A stretch of DNA of 64,000 nt, from the NCBI RefSeq assembly GCF_037042905.1, contig NC_087245.1:13394001-13458000 (forward strand), in the 5' to 3' direction. This DNA is from Lytechinus pictus. Its lineage: Eukaryota. The stretch's first letter is position 1. Each line of letters begins with the position of its first letter. Positions 1 through 11,608 of the stretch are shown here, piece after piece. The notes beneath the pieces are model-generated. The model saw only the letters and a list, made by a program, of their open reading frames with translations. It was not told where the DNA came from and did no database searches. A program made the position numbers and the translations under genes.

Positions 1-974
1 CTCACCACAAACAAAGCCCTTAAATATTTTGTAAATTATGCATCATAATGCAGTCATGTGACATAAGCACATGATACTCAATTACCATGGTAACGCATCA
101 TCGTTGAATGTTGTCTGATCTTCATTTCAAACACGGATATGTGTACCCAGTGTTAAAACTCAAGAACAAATAGACATACACAAAGTGTGAAGAAATGAAT
201 GAAAAAATGTATTCAAAGTGCTGAAATTAAAAGTGTGTCTCATATGGCATACAATACATGATCCAACCAATCCAGTGCTAGCTAATCATATCATACATGG
301 CAGCTTACATTGGATTTGATAAGCACGAGATCCTATCCAAATGCATGATCATGCTTGTTTTTATAGAATGTCAGTATTGTCCACTTATTGTACTGGATGC
401 AAAATGTTTTTTTTTTCTTTTTCTATGTATTACTATTAAATATATTAAATGACAAAGATGCTAAGAGGTTAAAGATAAATAGAAAGAGAGAGGAAGAGCA
501 AGAGAAAGAGAGAGAGTGGTGGAGGGGGAGGAAGAATGATAGAGGGGTGGGTGTCAGAGAGATAAAAAGAAAATGATAAAGAAATCAAAGATGAGGAGAA
601 AGGGGAGGGTATTCCTAAGAAAGCAGCAATAGTATGTTCCAAGAAAATGAATGAGTCATATTCAAAGAATGTGGTCTCCAGAGGAAGAGAAAGGCTAAAA
701 CCCAAGAAACCACCTTTGTGAAGAGAGAATAAACAGAACACATTTCTTTGTAAACAGGAACAATGGTTTTTAGACTGTCTTTAAAGGATTAAAGAAGACA
801 AAGGTAATGCCAAAAGACTGTAGTGTACACTTTGAAAATTACCTTTTGAACATTTTGTGTAGGCTAAGCTTGTGTAAAATATGTTTGTATCAATTTCTGT
901 TTCAATGCTAAACATTACCAAGTTAAATTTTGCCATGCACAATACTTGCAAGGCAAAATCACAGGCAACATACT

Positions 975-1063
975 TTTCAATGTTGACCTCTTCTATTTTT
1001 AATGCTATTATTAAGAATGATTCTTAATAATAGCATTAAAAATAGAAGAGGTCAAAATTGAAA
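975..1063. repeat. Long near-perfect palindrome (hairpin)
   Basis: 983-1018 TTGACCTCTTCTATTTTTAATGCTATTATTAAGAAT is the exact reverse complement of 1020-1055, with a single G spacer at 1019; extends to 975-1063 with one mismatch. Confidence 0.95.
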
Positions 1064-1974
1064 TGTTTATGAAAAATACAAAATAAAACTCTCATTCAAA
1101 CACTTGCACTTGGAGAATTCATTTGTTTCCTAAGAATGATAATCACATTTCGCTAAACAGAGACTTTCATTTTTCTGCAATCTAATTTGCTAATAGTACT
1201 GAAAACTTTTTGATCCAGTGCTGGATAATTCCATTTGTGTTGTCGTGCACCAGTATGCTAAAAAGCACTCGCATACACATGGGTACAGAGATGCAAATAA
1301 GACAATATGCCTTATTCATACAATATGCCTTAATTTACATTGTATTTAAATATTTTTATATGGTTAATAAATGAATTGAATTGAATACAGAGCAAAGAAT
1401 ATGAAGTGGCAAGGTTGGCACTGAACCACAGACCTTCATGTCTTAAGTCAAGTATTTAAAAAAGAGAGCCACACAACCAGAAATGAAATAAAATGGTCCT
1501 AGTTTTCTTGTGTTACCACAGAAGGACAGGCATAAATCCCTGAAGGCTGAAAGTAGGCTAGCTTTAGTGTCATCATCAGCCATTCAGTGGTTGGCCACAT
1601 TATCGGAGATGGAAACTCATTTGAGAGACAATCTTTCCTCCAAGATACTAGATCAATCATGTCACAAAGTGTGGTTTTTCTACTTCCTACAGTGTTCAGG
1701 CAAGTAATGACATCATCGCATAAATAACCCAAGACAATGTAGGCTTAATGGCTTAGTTGTTTGGAGGAAAACGAGGGACACTGACACTTGCCTGAGAGGT
1801 AATGTAACGCATTGCTTGAATAATCCCTTGTTGCGGGTTGGATGTGACCAACATCGTATTAAACTTGATGAAAATATTGAGGTTCAACTTTGATATGAAG
1901 AAGTCTAAGAATTTCTCTTTTTCCAAGCTGAATACTGATGAAAATTACGATGAGGGTGAGGAAACTGAGGAAAG

Positions 1975-2335
1975 TGATGATGATGTGATGATGATGATAA
2001 TGATGATGATGAATTGATGATGATGTGATGATGATGATAATGATGATGATGATGAATTGATGATGATGATGATGATAATGATGATGATGATGATGAATTG
2101 ATGATGATGATGATGATGTGATGATGATGATGATGGTGATGATAATTTGAGGATGATGATGATGGCGTGATATAAGTAATGATGGTGATGATGATGATGG
2201 TGCTGGTGATGATAATGGTGACGATGATTACGGTGGTGATGATGACGATAACGATGATAGCAATGATGATGATGATGAATGAGTGATCATTGAGGTGAAG
2301 AGGAAAAGAAGGAAGAGGATGATGATGATGGTGAT
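1975..2335. repeat. (GAT)n microsatellite, degenerate
   Basis: Long GATGAT runs with GGT/AAT variants; source of the poly-H/I/S ORF 1905..2480. Confidence 0.95.
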
Positions 2336-3318
2336 AAATACCGGTACTGATATTGAAAACTAGAACTGCAAGTTTCTTCAAATTGTCAATGAATGGAGCA
2401 TCATCAGGAGGCAACAAGGTCTCACTGAGTGGAGCAAGTTCGCGGGCCTGCACGAACCACCAGTTTGTTGAATCATACAAATATGATTTGTATTTTCAGA
2501 CTTAAAATGTGATTTGTGTGATACAGCTTTTTCAAACCTGAACAAAAAGTCAGAACCTTTGATAGACTTCTCTCAAGACCCACTTGTTGATCAAAATCAT
2601 AAAGTAAATATACATTAAAAAATCACTCACAACTTTTGACTCTATAAAACATGCAGATTCCTGCTTTTGAATCTAAATTGCTAAAAGGTCTAGCAATATT
2701 TGGCATCAATATCCACTCACTTGCTTTGTTTTAGCAGTTTTTCATCATAGTTTATATAAAATCTACTAAAGTCTAGTACATGTACGTCTTGTCTGTGATG
2801 GAAGACTATCTGCTTCAAAGCATTCCAGACATGCACAATACCTGTTTTTCTACTGGGCCAAGTCAAGTTCCATGGGAGAAATGAAGTAGTCTGGAAGTCT
2901 CTCTCCTTCCTCCCTCAATCAGGGTACTAATGGATAATTCGTTTTTCATTCCTGATTTTCGTAGAGCAAAAACGGAAGTCAACCTCATGGATTGGTCTTT
3001 GAAAACACAAAAACGAAATCACAACGAGAAAAACCCCGTTGTGATTTCATTTTTGGAGATCAAAAACAGAAGAATGAAATCAGAAATACTTTTGGTCCTC
3101 TCTGATACCTCATTCTATACCTGTGTTTGTTATATATTAAAAACAAAATCAGAACACGCTTTCTTCCCCCTGATTCTGTTTGGAAAAACGCAGACAGCGA
3201 AAACGAAATCGGGTAGTTCGCTTTCCACTTCCTGCTCTCTGATTTGGTCTTTCGCACAACCAACAGCCATATCGAAATACGTTATACACACGGGCACGCA
3301 GTGCATGCCTGATACGAC

Positions 3319-3346
3319 CATGAAGCTATTACGTAATAGCTTCATG
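3319..3346. mobile_element. Putative P-element-family excision footprint (28-bp palindrome with 7-bp TSD)
   Basis: CATGAAGCTATTACGTAATAGCTTCATG flanked by ATACGAC/TTACGAC; absent at the homologous position of the right arm (~8995-9008), which has a single ATACGAC. Confidence 0.65.
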
Positions 3347-3511
3347 TTACGACCACGTGCAACAAATGGCTTTTAATTTCCAGCGTTTTCGGACCTTCAC
3401 AGACAGTGGCGTAGCTAGGATTTTCCCCCCCGGGGGGGGGGGGGGGCAATGGGGGGTCCTAGCTTTTTCAGGGGGGGGGGGCACCGGCCATTTTTGGCGG
3501 TGTGTGTGTAA

Positions 3512-4012
3512 TAAAGTAATTTTTCAAGGGGCGCCCCAGGAATATCCCGACGGCCTAGCCAGGGTAACCACGTACCCTAACTTGTAGAGCTCGACAAGGG
3601 CAACCAGATAAACACTGACTTGACCCGGCGCATGCACATTAAGGGGGCTCAAATTAACAAAAATAAAGGGCTATTTATCGCATTTTTGAAATTAAAATAA
3701 AGTAAATTTTCAAGGGGCCCCAGGGATATCCCGACAGCCTAGCCAGGGTAACCACGTATCCTAACTTGGAGAACTCGACTCGGGCAACCAGATAAACACT
3801 GATTTGACCCGGCGCATGCACATTTAGGGGGCTCAAATTAACAAAATTAAAGGGAATAAAGGAATATTTATCGCATTTTTAGAATTAAAATAAAGTATTT
3901 TTTCAAGGGGCCCCCAGGGATATCCCGACGGCCTAGCCAGGGTAACCACGTACCCTAACTTGTAGAACTTGACTCGGGCGATCAGATACACATTAGCTTG
4001 ACCCGTTGCATG
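3512..4012 (-). repeat. ~193-bp tandem repeat array, left arm (about 2.6 units, resuming at 5963-6015)
   Basis: Repeated CCTAGCCAGGGTAACCACGTACCCTAACTTG units, reverse complement of the 7719-8825 array. Confidence 0.9.
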
Positions 4013-5962
4013 CAGTGGCGTAACAGGGTCGGTGGCTGGGGGGGGGGGGGGGGGGCAAGAACCAAGAATTTCCCGGTCACATCATAAAGCAGGCAATGGA
4101 GTCATAAGGCAAAAATTTTGAGGGGGCGATATTATGGAGTATCGGACAAAAATATATATATATGCGAGCGAGCGGAGCGTTCGAGCAAAAATTTTGACAT
4201 TTTAATGGCAAAAATGAGTGGGGTCCGGGGTAGAGCCCCGGAACCTCTTGATATTAAAGCCATTTTAAACCTTACAGATGGCCACTAATTTTAATCAAAT
4301 TGCGTGTATATTTATATAGCTTTCACACTACACATAAATTCAGTGCTGCAGTTGTGTACCGTAATCATCTAAATATTTTGAGGGGGTCTACCATAGCAAA
4401 TGTGGGAAAATTTGTAAAAAGTCGGCAGCGAGCGAAACGAGCCAGAAGAAAAATGGCCTTTTGAAATAAAATTGAATTGTGTGATAGACTTTTACATCAC
4501 AGCAAATATTATGTCTTATATTTTTTTTTATTTCATTCATCTCATTTCGCTGCCTCCTTCATATTCTTTTATTTCCCCTTGGCTGTGGAACCAATCCCCC
4601 CCCCCCGTACGCCAGTGCTTCAACGCAAAGGTTAATGCAGGAAGGGTCCATATAGGGGCCCGTTATAGAGCCCTTTAAAAGTTACAAGTTAAGAGCCTCC
4701 ACTGCACGGGGCCTTGACTCTTGGACAGAGCCCCCGGTAGCATTGGATATTTAGCAAGTTTATAATAGACTTTCATACGAAATTATGCTATATACCATCC
4801 ATCTTTTTTTCCCGCTCGTTATCTTCAATCCTCAGCAGCGCGGTAGTAATATCTTGTCCCTTTTTTTATTTTCCAATTTAGATTTTGCCTCATTCCATTC
4901 TACCTTCACTCGCTTTTGTTTGCCTTTTTGTCATCTTTAATTTATTTCCCTGTCTTTTAAAATGATTTTGAAAATAAATTTTAATTATGTGATAGTCGCT
5001 TTGGAAATTTAGTCGATCAATCAATCAATCAATGCAGTTGTGTACCGTAATCATCCAAATATTTTGAGGGGGCACGCCAGAGCAAATGTGGGAAAATTTG
5101 TTTTAAAAAAAAGTCGCCAGGAGCGAAGCGAGCCAGAAGAAAAATGGCATTTTGAAATAAAATTATAATTATGTGATGGATTTTTACATCATAGCAAATG
5201 TCATGTCTTATATATTTTTTAAAATATTTTATTCATTCATCTCATTACGCTGCCTCCTTCATTTTCTTTTATTTCCCCTTGGCTGTGGAACCCCCCCCCC
5301 CCGTACGCCAGTGCTTCAACGGAAGGATCCATATAGGGGGTCGTTATAGAGCCCTTTAAAGGTTACAGGTTAAGAGCCTCCACTGCACGGGGTCTTGACT
5401 CTTGGACAGAGCTCCCGGTAGCTTTGGAGATTTAGCAAGTTTATAATAGACTTTCATACGAAATTATGCTATATACCATCCATCTTTTTTCCCCTCTCGT
5501 TATCTTCAATCCTCAGCAGCCCATGTCCCTTTTTTTTATTTTCCAATTTAGATTTTGCCTCATTCCATTCTACCTTAATTTCCCGCTTTTGTTTGCCTTT
5601 TTGTCATCTTTAATTCATTTCCCTGTCTTACTAAGCCTAATGTATATCTGGGAAAATTGTTCTTCCTCACATGTTCTTCTTTCCTTCCTTTTTCCAAATT
5701 CTTTCCGTTTTCCCTTTTTTTCTTAGTTTTATTTTCCCTTACCCTTTTCTATTCCCCTCCCTTTCCCCCTTTCATCTTTTTTCCTTTCCTTTTCCTTTCC
5801 CTTTCTTTCTTTCTCCCCTTATTTTTTCCTTTCCTTTTCCTTTCCCTTTCTTTCTTTCTCCCCTTATTTTTTTCCTCTTCCCGTTTTTTTTCTTAACATT
5901 TTCACGGTGAACTCCGCCAGGGGGAAGGGGGGCAGCTTGCCCCCTCGCCTGTTACGCCACTG
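4013..5962. mobile_element. hAT-type non-autonomous element nested in a satellite unit
   Basis: 15-bp TIR CAGTGGCGTAACAGG / CCTGTTACGCCACTG; perfect 8-bp TSD GTTGCATG (4005-4012, 5963-5970); the interrupted 193-bp unit resumes after it. Confidence 0.9.
4347..5629. repeat. Internal ~600-bp direct duplication (period 686 bp)
   Basis: TGCAGTTGTGTACCGTAATCATC begins at 4347 and 5033; similarity runs to CCCTGTCTT at 4956 and 5629. Confidence 0.9.
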
Positions 5963-7718
5963 GTTGCATGCACATTTTGGGGGCTAAAATTAACAAAAGT
6001 AAAGGAATACGGGCTTTTTCAAGCATGGGGAACCATGGTCCTGACTTTTCCCCCCATCCCTTAGTGCTGCCGATGGGTAGAGTAAAAAACAACAAGGAAA
6101 GAGAGAAGACAAAATAGAAGAGAGAGAAGCGAAAGGGAGAGATAGGAAAGAAAAGGAGGGGGAAAGGGAGAGAAAGAGAAGGGAGAACGGAGGGGTCATA
6201 TCATTGTATGAACGGGATATTTTATGATTATGCCCCGAGCATTAGTGTGAAGCTCAATGCGAGATAAGAACAAAATAGAGGGGGCACACCATGGCGCACG
6301 CAGCAAAAATTTGCTTAATAATAAGTCTCCAGCGAGCGAAGCGAGCGAGAATAAAAATCACCTTCAATTTTGAGATTGATTTTGACATGGTATGCAGAAA
6401 ATGACATATCTTTCCTCTTCCTTTTCTTTCTTTCCTTTTATCATTTTTTTTTTCTCGGTTGTAGAACTTTTTTTTTTTTTTTTTTTTTTTTTTGGGGGGG
6501 GGGCAGTGCTATGCGGTTCGGGTCCGGGGCAATGACGGTACTAGGGTTTTTAACCTAGGAGGAGGCAAACAAACATTTTGGGGCCGAGGGGATGGCACAC
6601 ATTTTTTTAAAAATCGAGCGAGAAGCGCGAGCTAATTTTATTGCAAATGCAGTCCCTACTGATTTAAAAAGGGAACTGTTAAGAATCAGCTGTTTGCATT
6701 AATTGGGTCATGAAGATGATATCTCACCAAATGAATAATGCGAGCGCGAAGCGTGAGCTGAAAATTTTTGATATCCGGGATGATACCTGGCCGTTCTAAG
6801 CTTTTTTTAAATTATAAAATGAATGGCTATCTAATTCGCTGAAAATAAATCCTCTATGGAAATTATGAATACGCAGGATATGTATCTCGCTAAAACAAAT
6901 AATGAAAACTCTAATAACATTTGATTTTTAAGCCCCATGTGAACAGATAATCATTAATAACTGCGAGCGCGTATCGCGAGCTACATTTTGAATTTTATAT
7001 AATGGCCTGAAAGATTTATGTTAGTGACCAAAATTGTTGGGATCTAAATGCTAACGGTGAATGGATGAGAATATTTTTAAAATTTAAAGAACAAAAAACA
7101 TTTTTGGAGTATTATGACAACGTTTACTATACATTTTGTTTCTTCAAATTTCGGGGGGGGGGGGCAACTCACTGGGGCCTCCCCATTCGGTGGCGCCACT
7201 GGTCTGGGGCGGAGCCCCCAGAACCTCGTGATATTTTTAAACATTGCAGATGGCCATTTTTTTTTAAATCAAATCGCGGGTACATACATCACATATTATA
7301 TTAAGTTGCTAATTAATTGAATTGAAGGCTACACGTGCAAAAGAAAATGTCTCATGAGAATTATTCGAAGATTAGAGGAGCTTTATACTCATATTTTATA
7401 TTTTGACAATACGTTTTCTATCGATATACGCCCCCATCTTTTCTCCAAGAGATGACGATCTACAACAGAAGGCTGAAGATATTCATTCGACCCAACCCAT
7501 TCTCATTTTTTAATTTGTAAGTTGATTACAAAAAAGAATATGTATAATGATTAGACTGATTCTAGAAACAGAGAATGGGCAACCATTGAACATATTTTGT
7601 GCAAATAAAAGAAAAATACAGGTGTCACTCAGCTTTCGGAACTATTTTATTGGCGGAGGATTTAGGACTGAGTATAATATATGAATAAGATCTGCTCATG
7701 AGATGCTTTAACCAGTTG

Positions 7719-8825
7719 CCCCCTAAATGTGCATGCGCCGGGTCAAGCTAGTGTTTATCTGGTTGCCCGAGTCGAGTTCTCCAAGTTAGGGTACGTGGTT
7801 ACCCTGGCTAGGCCGTCGGGATATCCCTCGGGGCCCCTTGAAAAAATACTTTATTTTAATTTTAAAAATGCGATAAATATCCCTTTATTCCCTTTACTTT
7901 TGTTAATTTGAGCCCCCTAAATGTGCATGCGCCGGGTCAAGCTAGTGTTTACCTGGTTGCCCGAGTCGAGTTCTACAAGTTAGGATACGTGGTTACCCTG
8001 GCTAGGCCGTCGGGATATCCCTGGGGGCCCCTTGAAAAATTACTTTATTTTAATTTTAAAAATGCGATAAATAGCCCTTTATTCCCTTTACTTTTGTTAA
8101 TTTGAGCCCCCTAAATGTACATGCGCCGGGTCAAGTCAGTGTTTATCTGGTTGCCCGAGTCGAGTTCTACAAGTTAGGGTACGTGGTTACCCTGGCTAGG
8201 CCGTCGGGATATCCCTGGGGGCCCCTTGAAAAATACTTTATTTTAATTTTAAAAATGCGATAAATAGCCCTTTATTCCCTTTACTTTTGTTAATTTGAGC
8301 CCCCTAAATGTACATGCGCCGGGTCAAGTCAGTGTTTATCTGGTTGCCCGAGTCGAGTTCTACAAGTTAGGGTACGTGGTTACCCTGGCTAGGCCGTCGG
8401 GATATCCCTGGGGGCCCCTTGAAAAATACTTTATTTTAATTTTAAAAATGCGATAAATAGCCCTTTATTCCCTTTAATTTTGTTAATTTGAGCCCCCTAA
8501 ATGTGCATGCGCCGGGTCAAGTCAGTGTTTATCTGGTTGCCCGAGTCGAGTTCTACAAGTTAGGGTACGTGGTTACCCAGGCTAGGCCGTCGGGATATCT
8601 CTTGGGGCCCCTTGAAAAATAATTTATTTTAATTTTAAAAATGCGATAAATAGCCCTTTATTCCCTTTAATTTTGTTAATTTGAGCCCCCTAAATGTGCA
8701 TGCGCCGGGTCAAGTCAGTGTTTATCTGGTTGCCCGAGTCGAGTTCTACAAGTTAGGGTACGTGGTTACCCTGGCTAGGCCGTCGGGATATCCCTGGGGG
8801 CCCCTTGAAAAATTACTTTATTTTT
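7719..8825 (+). repeat. ~193-bp tandem repeat array, right arm (about 5.7 units)
   Basis: TAAATGT(G/A)CATGCGCC recurs at 7724, 7918, 8112, 8305, 8498, 8691 (periods 194,194,193,193,193); units nearly identical. Confidence 0.95.
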
Positions 8826-9977
8826 TGGCACACACACCGCAAAAAATGGCCGGTGCCCCCCCCCCTCCCCCTGAAAAAGCAAGGACCCCCCAGTCCCCCC
8901 CCCCCCCCCCCCGGGAAAAAAATCCTAGTTACGCCACTGTCTGCGAAGGTCCGAAAACGCTGGAAAAAGCCATGTTAAAGTGAATTTTTGTTGCACGTGG
9001 TCGTATCATGCATGCACTGCACTGCGTGCACGTGTGTTGGCTGTTGGCTGTGCGAAAGACGAAATCAGAGAGCAGGAAGTGGAAAGCGAACTACCCGATT
9101 TCGTTTTCGCTGTCTGCGTTTTTCCAAACAGGATCAGGGGGTAGAAAGCGTGTTCTGATTTTGTTTTTAATATATAACAAACACAGGTATAGAATGAGGT
9201 ATCAGAGAGGACCAAAAGTATTTCTGATTTCATTCTTCTGTTTTTGATCTCCAAAAATGAAATCACAACGGGGTTTTTCTCGTTGTGATTTCGTTTTTGT
9301 GTTTTCAAAGACCAATCCATGAGGTTGACTTCCGTTTTTGCTCTACGAAAATCAGGAATGAAAAACGAATTATCCATTAGTACCCTGATTTCCCTCTTTC
9401 CCCTTTCCCCCACTCTGAATATCCTCTTTCAAAATATGATACTACCCCCTATACATGCTATAATAAATATTGACCACACTTTGACATTAATCCTTGCATT
9501 AATGCTCACAGCTTGGTTCTATGGGAGTCATAAAAAATAATTTTATGCACAATATGTGTCATGTGCTACCGGATAGTGATATGTTTCGTTTCATGAATCA
9601 TGAAATGTCACTTTGGCACATGCAGGTACATAAAACAATTTATACTTGAACATTCATGAAAAGATTTGATAGAGAATCGAATTTCCAGGGTCAATGTAGT
9701 CAGAAGATGAAGCAGGGAATTCATCCCCAGGTTTTTGTATCTGGCAATTCATGGGGAATCCAACACAAATAAAGACTTTTTTTAGAGGAAAAAGAAATAA
9801 AAAACAGACTACATAATTTTTTTTTTCTGTCTAACCAAGGAGACTCCAGACAAGGTGACAAGCACTTTGCCGGATAGTCACAGGTATATACAGTGTATGT
9901 TGCTGCGAAGTTTCCAAGTAGCCCATGTCTCAGAGACTTCTTATACTTTCTGGTCTCCTGCAGGCTGCACGGGCCTA

Positions 9978-11608
9978 GGCTGCGTTTATGCGACCTCAAG
10001 TCAGAATCATGATTCGAATCATGATTTGAATCATGATTCAAAACACAAACATGAATCACAATACCACAGAATCAGCGTTCAGACGACCTTCATTTTAAAG
10101 CTGTTTTTCCTCGGATTCGGACCGATCCAGTGCGCATCACAGTGCGCAGTTTGACAGAGGAAGTTAGGTCAACTTTTTTCGCATGTGTTTTGGCTCCCGA
10201 AAAATCAATCCTGTACCTTCCGAATTCAGTCTATTATACCACAATTTGTTTACCTATTATTCTTCTTGTCGGTTTATCGAAAATTGTGTTCGGATGTAAA
10301 TTTTAGCGTAGATCCAATTTCATATTGACACTTGTTAACTCAACAACAATTGATATCATTGTCTGTTCAGTTAGTTCATTTACTAGTTCACTTGAAGTTG
10401 AAGACATGACAAAAAAAAAAGATGAAAAGAAGTGGACGATGCGATGCCCAACACTGAAAGCATGCATATCATATTATGTATAAATGCACTGAGCATATAG
10501 CGCGTCTTGAGCTTGGCAAGAGTCAAACCTAAAGTAGCCCGACACAATGACGTCATAGAATCATGATTGTAATCACGATATCGTTTATTCGAACATTTTC
10601 GTACGTGATTCTGCAGAAACGTCTTTCCAAACGCCCCTTTTTTCGTGTTTCATGTTTGTGATTCTAATCATGATTATATTCAATTTCGACTATGGCTGCG
10701 TTTATGCGACCTCAAGCCAGAATCATGATTTGAATCATGATTTGAATCATGATTCAAAACACAAACATGAATCACAATATCACAGAATCAGCGTTTAGAC
10801 GACCTTCATTCCAATGCTGTTTCTCCTCAGATTCGGGCCAATCCAGTGCGCATCACTAGTGCGCAGTTTGACAGAGGAAGTTTTTCGCACGTGTGTTTCG
10901 GCTCTCGAAAAATATTTTGCTTCCAGAATTCAGTCTATACCTCATTTTGTTTACTTCTATCATATAGGGTCCATATGCTTCTATTCATCTTGTTAGTTTA
11001 TCCAAAATGGTGTTCGGAAGTGAATTTCAGTGTAGATCCAATTTAATATTGATACTCTATATACTCAACAACAACTGAGATCATTGTCTGTCCAGTTAAT
11101 TCATTTACTAGAACTTGAAGTTGAAGACATGACCAAAAAATGAAAAGTAGTGGACGATGCGATGACCAAAACAGAACTTGAACATGACAAGAAATGCATG
11201 CGTAGTACATACTCATGTACATACAATGAGCATATAGAGCGCATTGAGCTTGGCAAGAGTCAAACCGAAAGTAGCCCGACACAACAGTGAGGTCATATAA
11301 TCATGATTGTAATCACGATATCGTTTATTCGAACATTTTCGTACGTGATTCTGCAGAAACGTCTTTCCAAACGCCCCTTTTTTCGTGTTTCATGTTTGTG
11401 ATTCTAATCATGATTATATTCAATTTCGACTAAACGCAATCGTGATTCTGCAGAATCATGATTTGAATCATGATTCAAATCATGATTCTAGGGTAAAAAA
11501 GTGGCGGATAAACGCACCCTAAACGCAATCGTGATTCTGCAGAATCATGATTTGAATCATGATTCAGATCATGATTCTAGGGTAAAAAAGTGGCGGATAA
11601 ACGCACCC
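9978..11608. mobile_element. PIF/Harbinger-type MITE (outer copy)
   Basis: TIR GGCTGCGTTTAT / ATAAACGCACCC; 3-bp TSD CTA (9975-9977, 11609-11611); the empty site GGGCCTAATCAC is visible in the second direct repeat at ~13054; subterminal GAATCATGATT repeats. Confidence 0.9.
10694..11519. mobile_element. PIF/Harbinger-type MITE, same family, nested in the outer copy
   Basis: Complete 826-bp copy with the same TIRs; flanks TAT (10691-10693) / TAA (11520-11522); the empty site TTCGAC-TAA-ACGCAATC is seen inside this copy at ~11425-11441. Confidence 0.85.

Larger units (their letters stand above)
2917..9390. mobile_element. Foldback-type non-autonomous DNA transposon with >1 kb inverted arms
   Basis: Left end AATCAGGGTACTAATGGATAATTCG (2917) is the reverse complement of right end CGAATTATCCATTAGTACCCTGATT (9390). 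The arms match for ~600 bp and continue into oppositely oriented 193-bp arrays. Flanked by the 6-bp direct repeat TCCCTC (2911-2916, 9391-9396). No transposase ORF inside. Confidence 0.9.

Noticed and set aside
388..741. ORFs over a purine-rich tract
   Set aside because: Low-complexity GA-rich sequence; biased peptides, no splice or domain support.
1905..2480. 191-aa ORF, longest in the window
   Set aside because: Translation of a (GAT)n microsatellite (poly-His/Ile/Ser).
7719..8825. Regular array resembling CRISPR, with repeated short ORFs
   Set aside because: Whole 193-bp units repeat with no unique spacers; eukaryotic context, no cas genes.
2930..9413. Paired 148-aa and 135-aa ORFs that look like paralogous genes
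   Set aside because: They are the two inverted arms of one element; no recognisable domain.
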